Shown piece by piece: positions 1 through 14,150 of a DNA stretch of 64,000 nt. Source of the DNA: Marsupella aquatica (lineage: Eukaryota > Plantae > Marchantiophyta). A program made the position numbers and the translations under genes. Location: assembly GCA_973895155.1 (NCBI GenBank), contig OZ316892.1, forward strand, positions 12,154,238 to 12,218,237, read 5' to 3'. Below the pieces are notes generated by a model. That model worked only from the letters and a program-made list of their open reading frames with translations. It was not told the origin of the DNA and did no database searches. The first letter of the stretch is position 1; the number at the start of each line of letters is the position of its first letter.

Positions 1-468
1 TACTGCTTCTTGAGCAATCTAGAGTTCCACAGGGCATTCATCCCCTTCACATGAGATAACTTAGACTGGTTCTCCCCAGCATTAGCAAATGACAATGCCA
101 CATCTACAAACACTTCAATCACACGCACTCAGAAGAAAGGACCATCCATGTAGTCATCATGCTTGCCAACTCCTTCATAGTGCCTTTCAACTCATCAACA
201 TCCAATTTCACAACCCCAATGGCACTGATCTCTTCTTTTGAATGTGGGGTCTGTAAATGACTCACAAGCCAACACAACATTCTCACTGTCAAACTAACAA
301 GAATTTGATCACAGCAAGATGTGTATTGAAGCAAAGGCAATCCTATATGTCACACACAGAACTTGTAAGTTCGTAGCTGATCATGAATTTTTCTTTGCAG
401 TCACCATAAACCATAAAAACCAGGTGCCACAAAATATACCACATGAGGAAGCGGGATCAGAGACTTAC

Positions 469-557
469 AGAGGGGTCAGACACTTCATGCTGGTGGATGT
501 AGCTACGATGTGATTCAAAAACCCAGTTACATCTTGAATTGAAGTAGTGACAGCCAC
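469..557 (-). pseudogene. Exon resembling the C-terminal appendage of coatomer subunit beta
   Basis: Translates VAVTTSIQDVTGFLNHIVATSTSMKCLTP followed by a GTAAGT donor; resembles plant beta-COP (..ENKVAVNT.IQD...FL.HI..STNMKCLT..). Neighbouring exons do not resemble COPB. Confidence 0.6.
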
Positions 558-1609
558 CTCCAAGGACAACAACCAAATAAGAAAGCATGATATTAGATAA
601 CTGTAGAACTATTGATTTTGTGATAACCATTTACTGCTAAGATTAAAACATACCAACTTACAACATAGTTGGGCAGAGCCTTGGGTGGTAGAGCTCTTAC
701 AACTTGCTTGTTCAGTCGAGTCCCCTTCCTTAGCAACTGTGAAAAATGGAAGCTCGCCAAGTGATTGTTAATGGTCAAAATTCCACCCTCCACTTCAGAC
801 AAAGATAGGTAGTACCCCCAATGATCCATAGAGCACAAGTGCATACCTTAGAAGACCAATCTGTCAAGTCCAGCTAAGAGAAAATTAAGTAGTAACTCTC
901 TGACTTTAGCTGGAATAAATTTGAATATTTTGCACATCTCATTGCTGGCTTAGTTTGAATGACGTATCTTCTATGACATAATTACAAAATATGATACAGG
1001 CCCAAGTTTTGCATGGGATTGTGCACACAAAACTATTCAGAGATGATCATCACCATGTGCATGCCAAACAAGATAGGAGATTCCTAGCATAAAGTAATAC
1101 ACACAGCTGCTGCAGACCGTTCTCAACACTTCTTCAAAATACAAGATTCTTGATGATAACCAAAAGTGGCCCAGTTTCTTTGAAAATGACCTATGCTCGT
1201 GATGTATTGGTCGCCTTTGAAAATAGTGAGAATAACAAAATAGAATTTAAGAAATGAGGAAAGCCAAACCAAACAATTCAAGATGAGATATGCGGGCGCT
1301 ACATCACTATGTGGCCTACCTGTTATGGATTTCTGGCCACTCGTGTTGGGACAGGGTGTCAATTTTTTCTACAGGGCCTCCACCTTTGTTTAAAGCTCCA
1401 CAGCCTGAAATAACCACTTCCAAACATTACCAAGAAAAACAATTATTCTTCACGCACAACGGTCTCCACCATAAAACCAAAATAAGATTACTACAATTAT
1501 TCTCCAGGCACAACCGCTTGCACCAATAGGGCACTACTTCAATCATTACCACACATATTGTTATTGAAGAAGTCACCACACAAATTTATGTAGGCTGCAA
1601 GTCCTGGGT

Positions 1610-1925
1610 GAGAGCTGCAAAACATATAATAAAACTTCTGAGATTGAAAACTGTTCAAGATTTATTCTTCGCAGGACTTTTCCAAAAAGTGTGAGCGGAG
1701 CTGCAACGATGTAAGCTTTTCAGATTAAAAAATGTTTGCATCATCAAAAAGTGCTTTTCTAAAAGATGGGAGTATTGTATAGTTCTATAATCAAACGTAG
1801 AGCTACAGTGATGTAAGCTTTTGAGATTGAATAACTATTTGAGATTACAAAAATGTTCCCATCCCGAAGAAGGGCGTTTCTAAAAGATGTGAGTAGTACT
1901 GTACATTCCTGTAATCAAAAGTCAA
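1610..1925. repeat. Degenerate short tandem repeat (~90-120 bp, about 3 copies)
   Basis: Recurring GAGCTRCA..GATGTAAGCTTTT.AGATT and TTTCTAAAAGATG.GAGTA blocks. Confidence 0.55.
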
Positions 1926-4900
1926 AAACATCCACTATATTGGAACCAAAATTATCACAGGATTCTTGTCACATAGCTATCATATCACATAGCTTGAATG
2001 ATTCCTCTAGCACTTAGGTAGAAGTCCACGACACAATCCATGCCAGACCAAGTGGGTCCGCTAGTACCTACTATGTCATGCAGGAGGAATGAAATGCTAG
2101 ACCAAGTGGGTCCGCTAATACTTACTATGTCATGCAGGCACAACAGCAGCAGCAGGCCAAGAGCTTCCAAGTTCCAATGCTGAAAGGTTTCTATTAAAAG
2201 GTCATATATTGCAATCTGTGGGACCGAACTCTGACATTTGTAAAGAACAATTTTTAAGTCAGGTAAACTTAATTATTCCCAAGTATAGGGCGGTGACAAT
2301 TGCATTTTCCATGCTTAACCTGGCTAGTCTACATGTAGAATCATTATTCCCAAAACATTCCACGGCAGTAGTAGTACGAAGCCAAAAAGGTTTCAAAGAT
2401 CTTGAGGGGAAAATAATCCAGATTGAGAATACAACGCGGAGCTTTGATCCTTCTCGGTTTTGTAATATCATAAAACACTGACTAAACTAATCTGCTCACA
2501 TAGAAATATGATCCGTTTCTACCAACACTGACCCCGAAAAGAGTATAAAGCCAGATTTCTTGCCTTCAAATTCTCAGACATTAAAATCAATCATATCTCT
2601 CATAATTGGAACTTATAGTAGTTTCCAATGTGTTTTCGTAGCCATCTGTCGGAACCATTTTTGGCTTGTTGGCTGAATTGAGTGAGGCGCCGAACAATAG
2701 ACCAATAGTACGTAATTACTTGACTAGATGGGATTTAGTGAGGAATAGCTCCAGATACCATAGAATTGATCTGTACAATCTCACGCTAAATGCTGACGTT
2801 CAGATATATGACTGGCCAACTAGCAAATTAAGCAATAAACAATCAAAATCCGAGAGGCACTATAAGTTCTTGAATAGCCTTGGAATCAATACACGGTTAG
2901 AAACGTTGCTCCATAAATGCGGCTACCTCTGAAATGCAACAAAATCTATTCAACTGGGCTATTGGATTTTAGTTAGTGATGGACGTGTATGGCACTGCTT
3001 CTTGTGAAGACATACAAAATGACGGATTGCTTTTCAATATATGATTCATGTGCCAATTCTTCTTTCCTAAAATTCTTTTAATTAGCGAAAAAAGCTAACA
3101 TACCGTCTACAAAAGGGCTGGAAGTGCCGCTGCAAGCTGTGTCCTAGCTTGATCTGTTGCCAAAAAGTAGACCCGGAAGGCCTGCAATAATTGCAAGTGC
3201 TACGTCCTTTGCAGCCAAAGTGAGCCTGGAAGGCTTGCGATTGGAAGTGCTGCATCCTCGGCTGCTAAAATGAAACCAAAAGGCCTGTGACTAAAATTGT
3301 TGCATCCGTCCTTTGTCTCTACAATTGCAAATCTTGCTCTTGCCCAAAATTGTATATGCCTTGTCGACCTTGTAGCCCCTTCCTCCCCACTCAAAGGCTC
3401 TCAATCACAACTACCATCGAAAGCAAAGCAATCACAAAGGCATTCTTGTGATTTAGCTCCGACCGTTTGTGCCAATCAGGTTGTCAGCAATGCCACAGTA
3501 TTGAAGTTGAGTGCGCCACTCTTCTTGGAGCCATCGTTTGTCTTGGCCAGACATTCTCCAGTCCAATAGTAGTCCTTGAGTGGGTCCTCCAATCGATTAC
3601 CACCCTCGTTCATAATCCTACTGATCAATTAGAAAATTTCAATCAGCAAGGTTTGAATCAAACCGTGAACTCAACAACACTAACACAGTGTATTGCCCTG
3701 CGCCCTACCCCCAGGGCCCTACCATTCCATCAATTTGTCCAAAACAAGAATGATGTGTTAAAACGCTACAACACAATCAGTGACGAAGGCATTCAAGCCT
3801 GAACTTTCTGAACTGTCCGATCCATCCACTCAGCACCAACAATAGGATTATACAAAGACTAGTCACACTGAAGCAATACTCCCAATCCACTGTGCGCAAT
3901 GTTCACGTACAGCTACATCTGCTTGTTCTTTTCAGACCTTCCACAAATCTAGATCGAGAGCATCGCAAACCACCATCAATCCCTCCCCACAGTCTCACAA
4001 CTCTCCAACGGAAAGCTATGGCGGTCAGCGGCTGCTAAAGATGGGCATGAGGGACAATGTGCAGGAGGGAAGCGAGGTCACGTGGGAGGATTCAAATCCC
4101 TCTCACCAAGAACGTGCCCACGCCCCACCCCACCCGTGAAACCTACCCTAGACGGCCCGTGAACCTCCACTATGCCCAGAGTGCAGATTCAATAGCTTAC
4201 AAAAATATTTAATTTTATATTTTGAGTTACATAACCCCTACTTTTATGCAATGACATGTGGACCAATATAAAAATGACACATGTTTTTGTTGACTATGTC
4301 ACACCTTTCCTTAGAAATAAAAATAAAATTTTGAATGGATATAATAAGGCTTTTGTATTGTAATATACTAATCCAAGGTTAATATAATCCCTTCATTCAA
4401 AAAAAATGCATTATGATTATTACAGGCCAATAAAATATAAATTACCTTCATGCGTGTAGGGGGGCTTCAGTATCTTTGTTGGGGCCCAGGGAATGGGTTC
4501 TCTACATAAGTGCAAGCATTTCAGATAGTAGAGATGTTGTGTAAAGTGGAATATCTCCAAACAAAGCTTTATTTGTAGAGAAACATTTTGTCCATCTACC
4601 AACTGAGTCACAAACAATTAAATTTCCCTCTTGTTCCTCATTATTATTGAAACTTTGTGGCAAAGGTTAGCAAAGGAGACACTAAAGTTTAACACTCGCA
4701 AATTTAGTATTAAGCTTGCCTTAACAAGTTAATGATGTTTTTGCTTTGTTTTTGCTTATTTATTAGTACGTCCTGGTACGTTAAGAACTTGATAAAAACT
4801 CCCTACACTATGTTCATTTTGCAATAACCCAGGTGTAAGGCAGTTGATTTGTGGCCTTTGCTTTGTTTGTTTGGAGTATTAATATTGCTGACTATTGTCC

Positions 4901-5039
4901 TCATTCACCGCCCTAGTTAATCCATATTTCACCCATATTGTGGTGAATGGGACCATGGAGAAGAGGGGGCCAAAGGAAGACTAAAATTGGGACCAAAATA
5001 GCCATTAGGTATTGTTAATGCATGAAATAGTTGGGTATT

Positions 5040-8000
5040 CAGCATCAATGACCCCATTTTCTGTCATTGTATGGAATTTATGACACAACACACAAATGAG
5101 CCAATGAGGAACTGCATCCCTCCAAACAGAGCCTTTCCATTGTTTAGGGTTTAGGTTTACACTCTAAACTCTAAACACCTCTACCCCTAGCCCTGGCCAG
5201 TTGGGTCATTTTAACCTATTTCCTCAATGACAGCATGAGGGACTCCTCTAATGACCCCATTTTGCGTGATTTGGTACTCCCATATCATAATCACAATGAC
5301 ATTATAGGAGGTCATTATTTGACATTTCTGACGTAGAATTGTTCACAAATGGCCCAATGAAGCACAAGTACCTCCAAAAAGAGAACCCCCATATCCCAAA
5401 GTGCAGGTTTATGCCACAACTAATGGATGGAGAATAGTATACAGTAGAGTGTACTGCACCCGGAGGCAGGTTCCCAGCTCTATGTAGTACCACATTTATG
5501 ACTCCACAAGGGACCAATGTAATGACCACAAGTCTGGTCATTTGACCTATATGACATCCTATATGACCGTTTCAATGACCCTATTTGTAGTCATTGGCAT
5601 TTATGACACAACTTTGTTCCAAAATGACCTAATAAAGATTACACTACCTCCCAGAGTGCCCCGTCACAATTTATTTGCAAAATATCCCCAAAATATCATA
5701 TCCCCCATCCAAACACCATCACAAACATGACATAGTTAAATAGAAGGACCACAACCTTCCATTGGTGTTGCGCTACCTCTTGGAGAGAGAAAACAAATGG
5801 CTCGATTTGCCTTTGCAAATGATGGTATTAATCCTTGGTGACACTTTTGGCAAATCACCTCAAAGTTGTACGACTTGGGAATGATTTCCCCAAGGTTGCA
5901 TCATGCCTTAAGTAAACATGAAAACATGTGTCCAAAATGTTCATGTAACTAACAACTAGTGGTTGGACAATGATGAGTATAGTGTCCCGCACCTAGTGGA
6001 GGGGTTACCACCTTCATGTAGGGCCCCATGGCGGGCCTCATGGCACATTGGGGCCCACCCAAAGTTCCTAGACCTAAAAGGGTCATTTCTACTGGTACAT
6101 AATGACATCATGAGGGACCTGTCTAATGACCTCATATGCAGTCATTTTGTACAAATGACATCCAAAATGACTCCCAAAATGACCCTTAGTGTAGTCATTG
6201 GCACTAATGACACAACATTACTCCAAAATAACCCAATGAAGATTACAACACCTACTCACAATGCCCCGACACTATTCATATGCAAAATGGAGTATCCCCA
6301 TCAAAACATCAACACAAAAATCACACACTTACATAGAAGGACAACAACCTTCCATTGATTGGTGACATTGCTTTACTTCTTGGAGAGACAAAACAAAAGG
6401 CTCAATTTGCCATTGATAATGATGGTATTCAACCACGGTGACACTTTTGGCAAATCACTCCAAATCTGTATGACTTGGGAGTGATTTCCCCAAGGTTCTA
6501 TCATGCTTTAAGTAAACGCAAAAAGACGGCTCCAAAGTGTTCATGGCACAACTAGTGGTTGGACAATGATGATTATAGTGTCCCGCACCTAGTGGAGAGG
6601 TTGCCACCTTCATGCAAGGCCCCATGGCAGTCTAGGGCCCACTTCCAATCCTTAGCACCAAACTGGTCATTTATGTTGGTCCATAATGACACTATGAGGG
6701 ACCTCTATAATGACCACATATGCAGTCATTTGGTCCAAATGACCTGCAATATGACTGCCAAAATGACCCTTACTATTGTCATTGGCTTTAATGAACACCA
6801 TTACTCGAATATGACCTAGTGAAGATTACACTACCTGTTGGAGTGCCCCCTCGCATTTCCTTTGCAATGGAATAGAATATTCCCCACCCAAACACTGGCA
6901 TAGATATGACACAGTTAAATAGAAGGACAACAACCTTCCCCTAGTTTTGCCCTACCTCTTGGAGAACAAGAAAACAACTATTATTTCACATGGTGAGACT
7001 TTTGGCAAATCACTCCAAAGCCGTATGACTTGGGAGTGATTTCCCCAAAGTTTCATCATGCCTTAGGTAAATGCAAAAATATGATTCAACATTAATTATG
7101 GTGCAACTAATGGTTGAAGAATAGTAAATATAATATCCCGCACCTAGTAGAGGGGTTTCCAGCCCCATGTGGGGCCACATGGCACTCTAGGGCCCACCTC
7201 CAGCACCTAGCCTCAAACTGGTCATTTATGTTTGTCTTCAATGACTCCACGAAGGACCCCCTCAAATAACAACAAATCCCGTCATTTGACTTATATGACA
7301 TTCCATATGACGGTTTCAATGGTCAACCCTATTTGTAATCATTGGTATTTATGACATCATGTCATTGTTCACAAATGACCCAATGAAGGCCCTAGTACCG
7401 GGCCTAGTACCTCCAAAGAGAGCCCCCAATAGATTCCTTGCAAGGTTGGAATATTCCTCTTTCCTAAACCCGCACCCACACGATACAGGGAAGCACGACT
7501 CCCCTGCCCATTCCATTGGTGCAGCACCACCTCTTGGAGAACCACAAAACAACCCTAAACCCCAAAGGTGCATCATGCCTTAAGTAAACACAAAAACATG
7601 TGTCCAAAGTGTTTATGTCGCAACTAGTGGTTGGACAATGATGAGTATAGTGTCCCGCACCTAGTGGAGGGGTTCTCACCTCTATGTGGGGCCCCATGGC
7701 ACTCTAGGGCCCACCTCCAACCCCTAGCCCCAAAATGGTCATTTGTGCTTTTCCTTAATGACTGCATGAGGGACCCCTCAAATGACAATAATTCAGGTCA
7801 TTCCGCTTATATGACATGCAATGTGACCATTTTAATGACCTTTGTTGTAGTAATTGGCATTTATGACGGGCAATTGCTCACATATGACCCAATAAAGGCC
7901 CTAGTACCTCCAAAGAGAGCCAGCTTTAGATTCCTTGCAAGGTTGGAATATTCCTATACCCTAATCCCGCACCCACACCATGCGGAGAAGCACCACTCCC

Positions 8001-9985
8001 CTGCCCATTCCATTGGTGCAACACTACCTCTTGGAGAACCAAAAAATAGGTTTTATTTGCCTTTGGATGTGATGGTATACATCCATGGTTGCACTTTTGG
8101 CAAATCACTCCAAAGTCGTACGACTTGGGAGTGATTTCCCCAAAGGTGCATCATGCCTCAAGTAAACGCAAAAACATGTGTCCAAAGTGTTTATGTCGCA
8201 ACTAGTGGTTGGACAATGATGAATATAGTGTCCCGCACCCAGTGGAGGGGTTCTCACCTCTATGTGGGGCCCCATGGCACTCTAGGGCCCACCTCAAGCC
8301 CCTAGCCCCAAACTGGTCATTTGTGCTTTTCCTTAATGACTGCATGAGGGACCCCTAAAATGACCACATATCCAGTCATTTGACTGATATGACTCTCCAT
8401 ATGACATTTTTAATGACCCTACTTTTAGTCATTGGCATTTATGACGGGCCATTGCTCACATATGACCCAATAAAGGCCCTAGTACCTCCAAAGAGAGCCA
8501 GCTTTAGATTCCTTGCAAGGTTGGAATATTCCTATACCCTAATCCCACACCCACACCATGCAGAGAAGCAGGACTCCCCTACCCATTCCATTGGTGCAGC
8601 ACTACCTCTTGGAGAACCAAAAATATGTTTTATTTGCCTTTGGATGTGATGGTATACATCCATGGTTGAACTTTTGGCACGACTTGGGAGTGATTTCCCC
8701 AAAGGTGCAACATGCCTCAAGTAAACGCAAAAACACGTGTCCAAAGTGTTTATGTCACAACTAGTGGTTGGACAATGATGAGTATAGTGTCCCGCACCTA
8801 GTGGAGGGGTTCACCTCTATGTGGGGCCCCATGGCACTCTAGGGCCCACCTCAAGCCCCTAGCCCCAAACTGGTCATTTGTGCTTTTCCTTTTAATGACT
8901 GCATAAGGGACCCCTCAAATGACCACAAATCCAATCATTAGACTGATATGACTCTCCATATGACAGTTTTAATGACCCTACTTTTAGTCATTGGCATTTA
9001 TGACGGGCCATTGCTCACATATGACCCAATAAAGGCCCTAGTACCTCCAACTAGAGCCAGCTTTAGATTCCTTGCAAGATTGGAATATTCCTATACCCTA
9101 ATCCCGCACCCACACCATACTGAGAAACACGACTCCCCTGCCCATTCCATTGGTGTAGCACTACCTCTTGGAGAACCAAAAAACAACTTTTATTTGCCTT
9201 TGGATGTGATGGTATGCATACATGGTGACACTTTTGGCAAATCACTCCGAAGTCATACGACTTGGGAGTGATTTCCCCAAAGGTGCATCATGCCTGAAGT
9301 AAGCGCAAAAACATGTGTCCAAAGTGTTTATGTCGCAACTAGTGGTTGGACAATGATGAGTATAGTGTCCCGCACCTAGTGGAGGGGTTCTCACCTCTAT
9401 GTGGGGCCCCATGGCACTCTAGGGCCCACCTCAAGCCCCCAGCCCCAAACTGGTCATTTGTGCTTGTGTTTAATGACTGCATGAGGGACCACACAAATAA
9501 CCACAAGTCCAGTCACTTGACTTATATGACAGTCCATATGACAAATTTAATGACCCTACTTGTAGTCATTGGTATTTGTAATGCAAATGTTTTTAGAAAT
9601 GACCCAATAAAGATTACACAAGCTCCTTGAATGCCCCATCACTATTTATTTGCAAATTAAAATATTCCCCATCCAAACACCGGCACAAACATGACACAAT
9701 TACAACAAAGGATGACAACCTTCCATTGGTATTGCCCTACTTCTTGGAGAGACAAAAAGGTTTCATTTGCCTTTGGATACGGTAGTATGCGCGCATCTAT
9801 ATATGGTGACACTTATGGAAAATCACTCCAAAGGTGTATGACTTGGGAGTGATTTCCCCAAAGCTAGGTGCATCATGCCTAAAGTAAATGCAAGACATGT
9901 GTTCAAATTGCTAATGCCCCAACCAGTGGGAGGACAATGATGAGTATTGTGTCCCGCACTTAGTGGAAGGGTTATCAACTATATC
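5040..9985. repeat. ~580-bp tandem repeat array (8-9 units) inside a CACTA subterminal region
   Basis: Anchor CAACTAGTGGTTGGACAATGATGAGTATAGTGTCCCGCACCTAGTGGAGG recurs at ~5953, 6549, 7104, 7621, 8199, 8758, 9336, 9920 (degenerate at ~5417); units are rich in AATGAC/GTCATT. Confidence 0.9.
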
Positions 9986-10073
9986 AATGACTCTACAATT
10001 ATGACCGGTGTCTGGAATGACTATTGAGTATTTTAATCTTCATATCTCTTGGGTTCTTTAATGACTCTATAAG

Positions 10074-10500
10074 TAGTCATTTATGCAATAAGTCCATAAT
10101 GACTATATGTTATTGTAAATATTGATATATCATGATTTTTAGATTGACCCTATATTTAGTCATTTATGCAACAAGTCCATAATGACAGTATATTGTTGTA
10201 AACACCGATATATCCTAATTTCAAGTTTGACTCTAGAGTTAGTCATTTATGAGAGAAGTCCATAATGACGGTATGTTCTTGTAAACACTGATATGTCCTA
10301 ATTTCAAGATTGACCCTAGAGTTAGTCATTTATGAGAGAAGTCCATAATGACGGTATGTTCTTGTAAACACTGATATGTCCTAATTTCAAGATTGACCCT
10401 AGAGTTAGTCATTTATGGGAGAAGTCCATAATGACAATATGTTGTTGTAAACATTGATATATTCTCATTTTCAGATTGACCCTATATTTTGTCATTTAAC
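10074..10500. repeat. 83-bp tandem repeat (~5 copies), CACTA subterminal repeats
   Basis: TAGTCATTTATG....AAGTCCATAATGAC at 10074, 10157, 10240, 10323, 10406; each unit has an inverted GTCATT...AATGAC pair. Confidence 0.9.
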
Positions 10501-10865
10501 ACCGTTGGTTAAAATGACGGTAATACATTTTTTGTCATTTATCACCATTGTCCAAAATGACTCAAATAGATTTTTGGTCATTTCAATCATTGTCCAGAGT
10601 GACTATAATGTTGTTAAACATTGATTTATCATTGTTGTTATTAATTGCGTCATTTAAGACATGTGTCTAAATTGACCATTTAGGAAAATTGGGTCATTTT
10701 GGTCACATCAGTCATTACAGACATTATACAAAATGACGCAAAAGTTAACATTTTGTCATTTCAGTCCATTGGTCATTGTGGACAGTCATTCCCCTGTCAT
10801 TCTTTTTGTGTCATTAAAAATTTTGGTCATTTATTCATCTCCGTCATTGGGTGATTGGTCATAAA

Positions 10866-10886
10866 GGGCCCTGTTTTCTTCTAGTG
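10866..10886 (-). mobile_element. CACTA right-end TIR, element A
   Basis: GGGCCCTGTTTTCTTCTAGTG (reverse complement CACTAGAAGAAAACAGGGCCC) ends the dense GTCATT/AATGAC zone; composition changes abruptly after it. Confidence 0.8.
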
Positions 10887-11375
10887 TATAAATCCCCTTT
10901 ATTGACCCCCACCCCCAAGTTGTATCCAAACCGACTCACCCTTGACATATAAACCCCCCTAAACCCCCTTTAGTGGTGACCCCCCACACCCTTCACATAT
11001 AACCGGCCCACCCTTGAGACGTAAACCCCCCCTAAACCCACTATGGAGTTTATGAGACATTAGGGCATTTAGACATTTATTGAGTTTGTACGTGTTCAAT
11101 ATAGCGGGACGTAAAGTCCCCCCATATGGCCATTATCAAATTAAAGTTGACAACTAAACCCCACAACCATCATGTGTGAGAGTGTTCACCCTTTCACAAA
11201 CTAGGGTACGTGGAAACTTTTGATAGTCTTATCCTAAACCAAAAAGCACTCACAGTCTTTTGTAGTGTTCATGTGAACCGGTGCAATGGTTTTGAGTCAT
11301 TTGAAGTTGCAAAAAAGGACTTAGTGGCCTTAGTCCCATAAGGTTTGGTCTAAATTGCCCCGGTTTCTACTAGTG
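10887..11375. mobile_element. Terminal remnant of CACTA element B with right TIR
   Basis: Ends CCCCGGTTTCTACTAGTG; its reverse complement CACTAGTAGAAACCGGGG is identical over 18 nt to the TIR at 51434. Confidence 0.8.
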
Positions 11376-12509
11376 ACATGAGCTTAACTTTGTGGTTCTT
11401 ATTCCTTACATTGTACATGCAAGCTTAGCACTTTTGTTGTTTGACTTAGAGTGTTTGGGGATTTTATACACTTGTGAATTTACTAAGACCCATAATTTGG
11501 ACCCATTCTTGATCCATTTTTCTCTATCATGAGATTAGATCTTTGCATCAAGTGACCTATTCTAGTTACCCTGTTACATTCCCCTAGAGAAACCAATAGA
11601 AATTTGGCAGGGGTCATTCGTCAATAGTAAAGCCTTCCTTCATTAGATTTGATATGGGATAATATTATGGCTTATTAGTTATTGATGATATTTTGGTCCT
11701 TCCAAAGCCTTAGCATCAATGGCTCTTGATTGTCTCATCTTTTATCAACTATGTTGTTGTTGGACTTGCAACAAAGACTACATGGGAGAAGCAATCTCCT
11801 TCTAGATGATGTATTTTGGACTTGGCTGCATGTTGAGCACATATTTCCTTAAGGGAACAATATGTTGGGTCTTGGAAGGAGGCAAAAACAACACTCAAGT
11901 CCATTTGTCTCAAGTATAAAGTTATTCATGCATGCAAGAATGATTGCATCTTTTGGGAAGAGTATGTCGGTGCAACCACATACCCCATCTAACACATCAA
12001 AACTTTTCATTCTAACACAATCAAAATTTGTCTTTTTGCCACAACCAGACTTTCCCATGCTCCCAGCATCGGACTTTCCCATTCTTCTAGCATCGGACTT
12101 TCCCATTCTTCTAGCATTGGACTTTCCCATACTCCCAGCATCGGACTTTCCCATTCTCCCAGCATCGGACTTTGCCATGTTAGCACAATCGGATATAATA
12201 TCCGTTCTTATTAACTATGGAACTTTTCCGATCAATATTGTAACGCACATCATTTTCGTTACAAAAAACGTCGGACATATCAATCAAAGTTTTTGTTGAG
12301 GGATCCGATGTGTTTTCTAACGGATATGATCCGTTTTTTAACGCATCGGAAAGGTTCCGTTGTCAATTATATCAGAAATGAAGATATCCGAAGCCGAGAG
12401 TATGGCATATTGCCATTTTGTGATAATCGGAATTTCCGATGCTAAAAGAATCGGACGCCAATTGTTCGCAAAAATTGAGCATCGGAAATCAGCTTAATGT
12501 GTACTAGTG
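11376..12509. mobile_element. Terminal remnant of CACTA element C with right TIR
   Basis: Ends GCTTAATGTGTACTAGTG at 12509; preceded by many CATCGGA/TCCGATG motifs; it cuts the copia pol frame exactly at ..LGVLDTN. Confidence 0.8.
12045..12195. repeat. 24-bp tandem repeat (~6 copies)
   Basis: GCATCGGACTTTCCCATTCTYCYA units; source of the spurious ORFs 11849-12178 and 11862-12299. Confidence 0.9.
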
Positions 12510-14150
12510 ATTTGTATCCAACACACCGAGTGAAATTGAATTCTTACGCATGCCAGGTACAAACCTGACCCCGGACACTGTGCGCACAATGCCATCAAAC
12601 ATTTGAATCTTTACAGATTCAATACCCTCAATTCGACAAGAGTGATCATTTCCCATCAAAACTGAACCGTTTGACACAGAATAAGAATCCACACATCGTT
12701 TGCTCTCCTAGATGTTGTGCACAGGGCATACTCTTGGCTTCATAAAACATACTCATCATTGAGTAAATCAACTTCTCCATCAGCACTAGCCACATTGGCT
12801 GATGAAGATCAGCTGCCTTATCCTTACAATCCCTCTTAACGTGATCAACCTTGTGACACTTCCAGCAGACTACTGGCTTTCTCTCTTGGGACTTCCCCCT
12901 TGAAGAAAATCTTGTCCTAGATTTATTTCGTCCCTTGCCATTCAATTGCTGCTCGGGACGCTTCTGTGACCTCCCACGATTCACATTCAAGGCAGCACCA
13001 GACGACAATGCTATCTGGGATTGACCCAATTTCTTCTGTGAATCATCTGACAGCAAAGAGCTTACCACCTCATCGTATGAAATAGACTTCAGGTCTCTAT
13101 ACAAGAGAACCTGCTTCAAACCCTGATAAGATGGGGGTAATGAGTTGAGAAGAAGCAAGGCCTTGTCCTCTTCTTCAACGCCCTTACCGAGATTAGACAA
13201 ATCAATAGCTAGACTATCGAATTCATCCAAGTGATCCTAAAGTTTGTTCCCTTCTTTGAACCTAAGGCTCATCAAGAGAGACTTCTTGTACAATCCATCT
13301 AATGCATACTTCCGATAGTACTTCTCCCTTAGGGCTTTGAACAGAGATGCACAATCCGCATAGTCATCCAACTTCTTGATGATATGCGGCTTCAAATAAA
13401 GCATCACCGCATTCACTACAATCACTTGTTCCTGCCTCCACCTCTTTAGTGGAATCTCCTCCTCATCATCGTACATCTCTCGTGTAGAGATGATCTAGTC
13501 CCATAGCACGAAGAACTCCTTTCACTTGCTTCTCCCAGAGCAAGTAGTCCGTACGCCCATCATATTTTTCCACCTCAAACTTAACACCTCCAAACCTGGA
13601 TGCCATATCTTTTTCCTTCACAATCCCCTCTATTTGCTGCACCGGTGATCGTACCGCTATCGCATGCGCTTCCTCTTGCTCCTCTCTCTCCTCCTCAAAC
13701 CATCGTGGTGATCCTCGTGCTTCAAGATCCACTTCTTCAAAAATCTCCTCCAAATCACTCATATGAGAATGCAAGAAAAAATAACATTTTTTCAACTTCT
13801 TCAAAAAACTCAAAACTTATCACCACCACGTAGCCCACGAGCCTAGCTTTCCAATGCTGAAAACCAAAATCAAAATTGAACTCCGACGTAAAAGTTATTC
13901 ACTTTTTGGTTGGGGTGGGTAAAACTTGGAATTCTTCCCCGTTTTGACCACCTCGGGGAATAACCAAAATGTGAACTAGTCCTCGACATCGGATTTGCAA
14001 TTCAATTTATGCACCGCGTTGCCAACTTCGATGGCTAGCAACTTGCCAAAGACGAACGGAAAAAGTTACCTTTCGGCGGACAGAATCTTCGACGGACGGA
14101 CAAAAAATAGCTCTCTGGTTTTTTGGAATATTCTACAACCCTTGTACAGG
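12510..14150 (-). mobile_element. Truncated Ty1/copia fragment (5'UTR, gag, zinc knuckle, start of protease region), pseudogenised
   Basis: KFEVEKYDGRTDYLLWEKQVKG, KALLLLNSLPPSY, CWKCHKVDHVKRDC, GSVLMGNDHSC; frameshifts and stops; close relative of the element at 36947-43797, with UTR similarity to ~41765-42140. No LTR or PBS found. Confidence 0.9.

Larger units (their letters stand above)
1..4050 (-). pseudogene. Degenerate multi-exon minus-strand transcription unit / exon mosaic, product unknown
   Basis: Several AG...GT-bounded minus-strand exons (LDLTDWSSK near 847-873; LLRKGTRLNKQVVRALPPKALPNYV near 662-736; 469-557), with a stop and frame change near 119-122. Boundaries approximate. Confidence 0.4.

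Noticed and set aside
5040-10500. CRISPR-like array or repeated small genes (MDNDEYSVPH.. ORFs)
   Set aside because: Whole units are repeated with no unique spacers; the ORFs start at TTG and break differently in each unit.
11849-12299. Repeat-protein ORFs on both strands
   Set aside because: Artefact of a 24-bp stop-free subterminal repeat.
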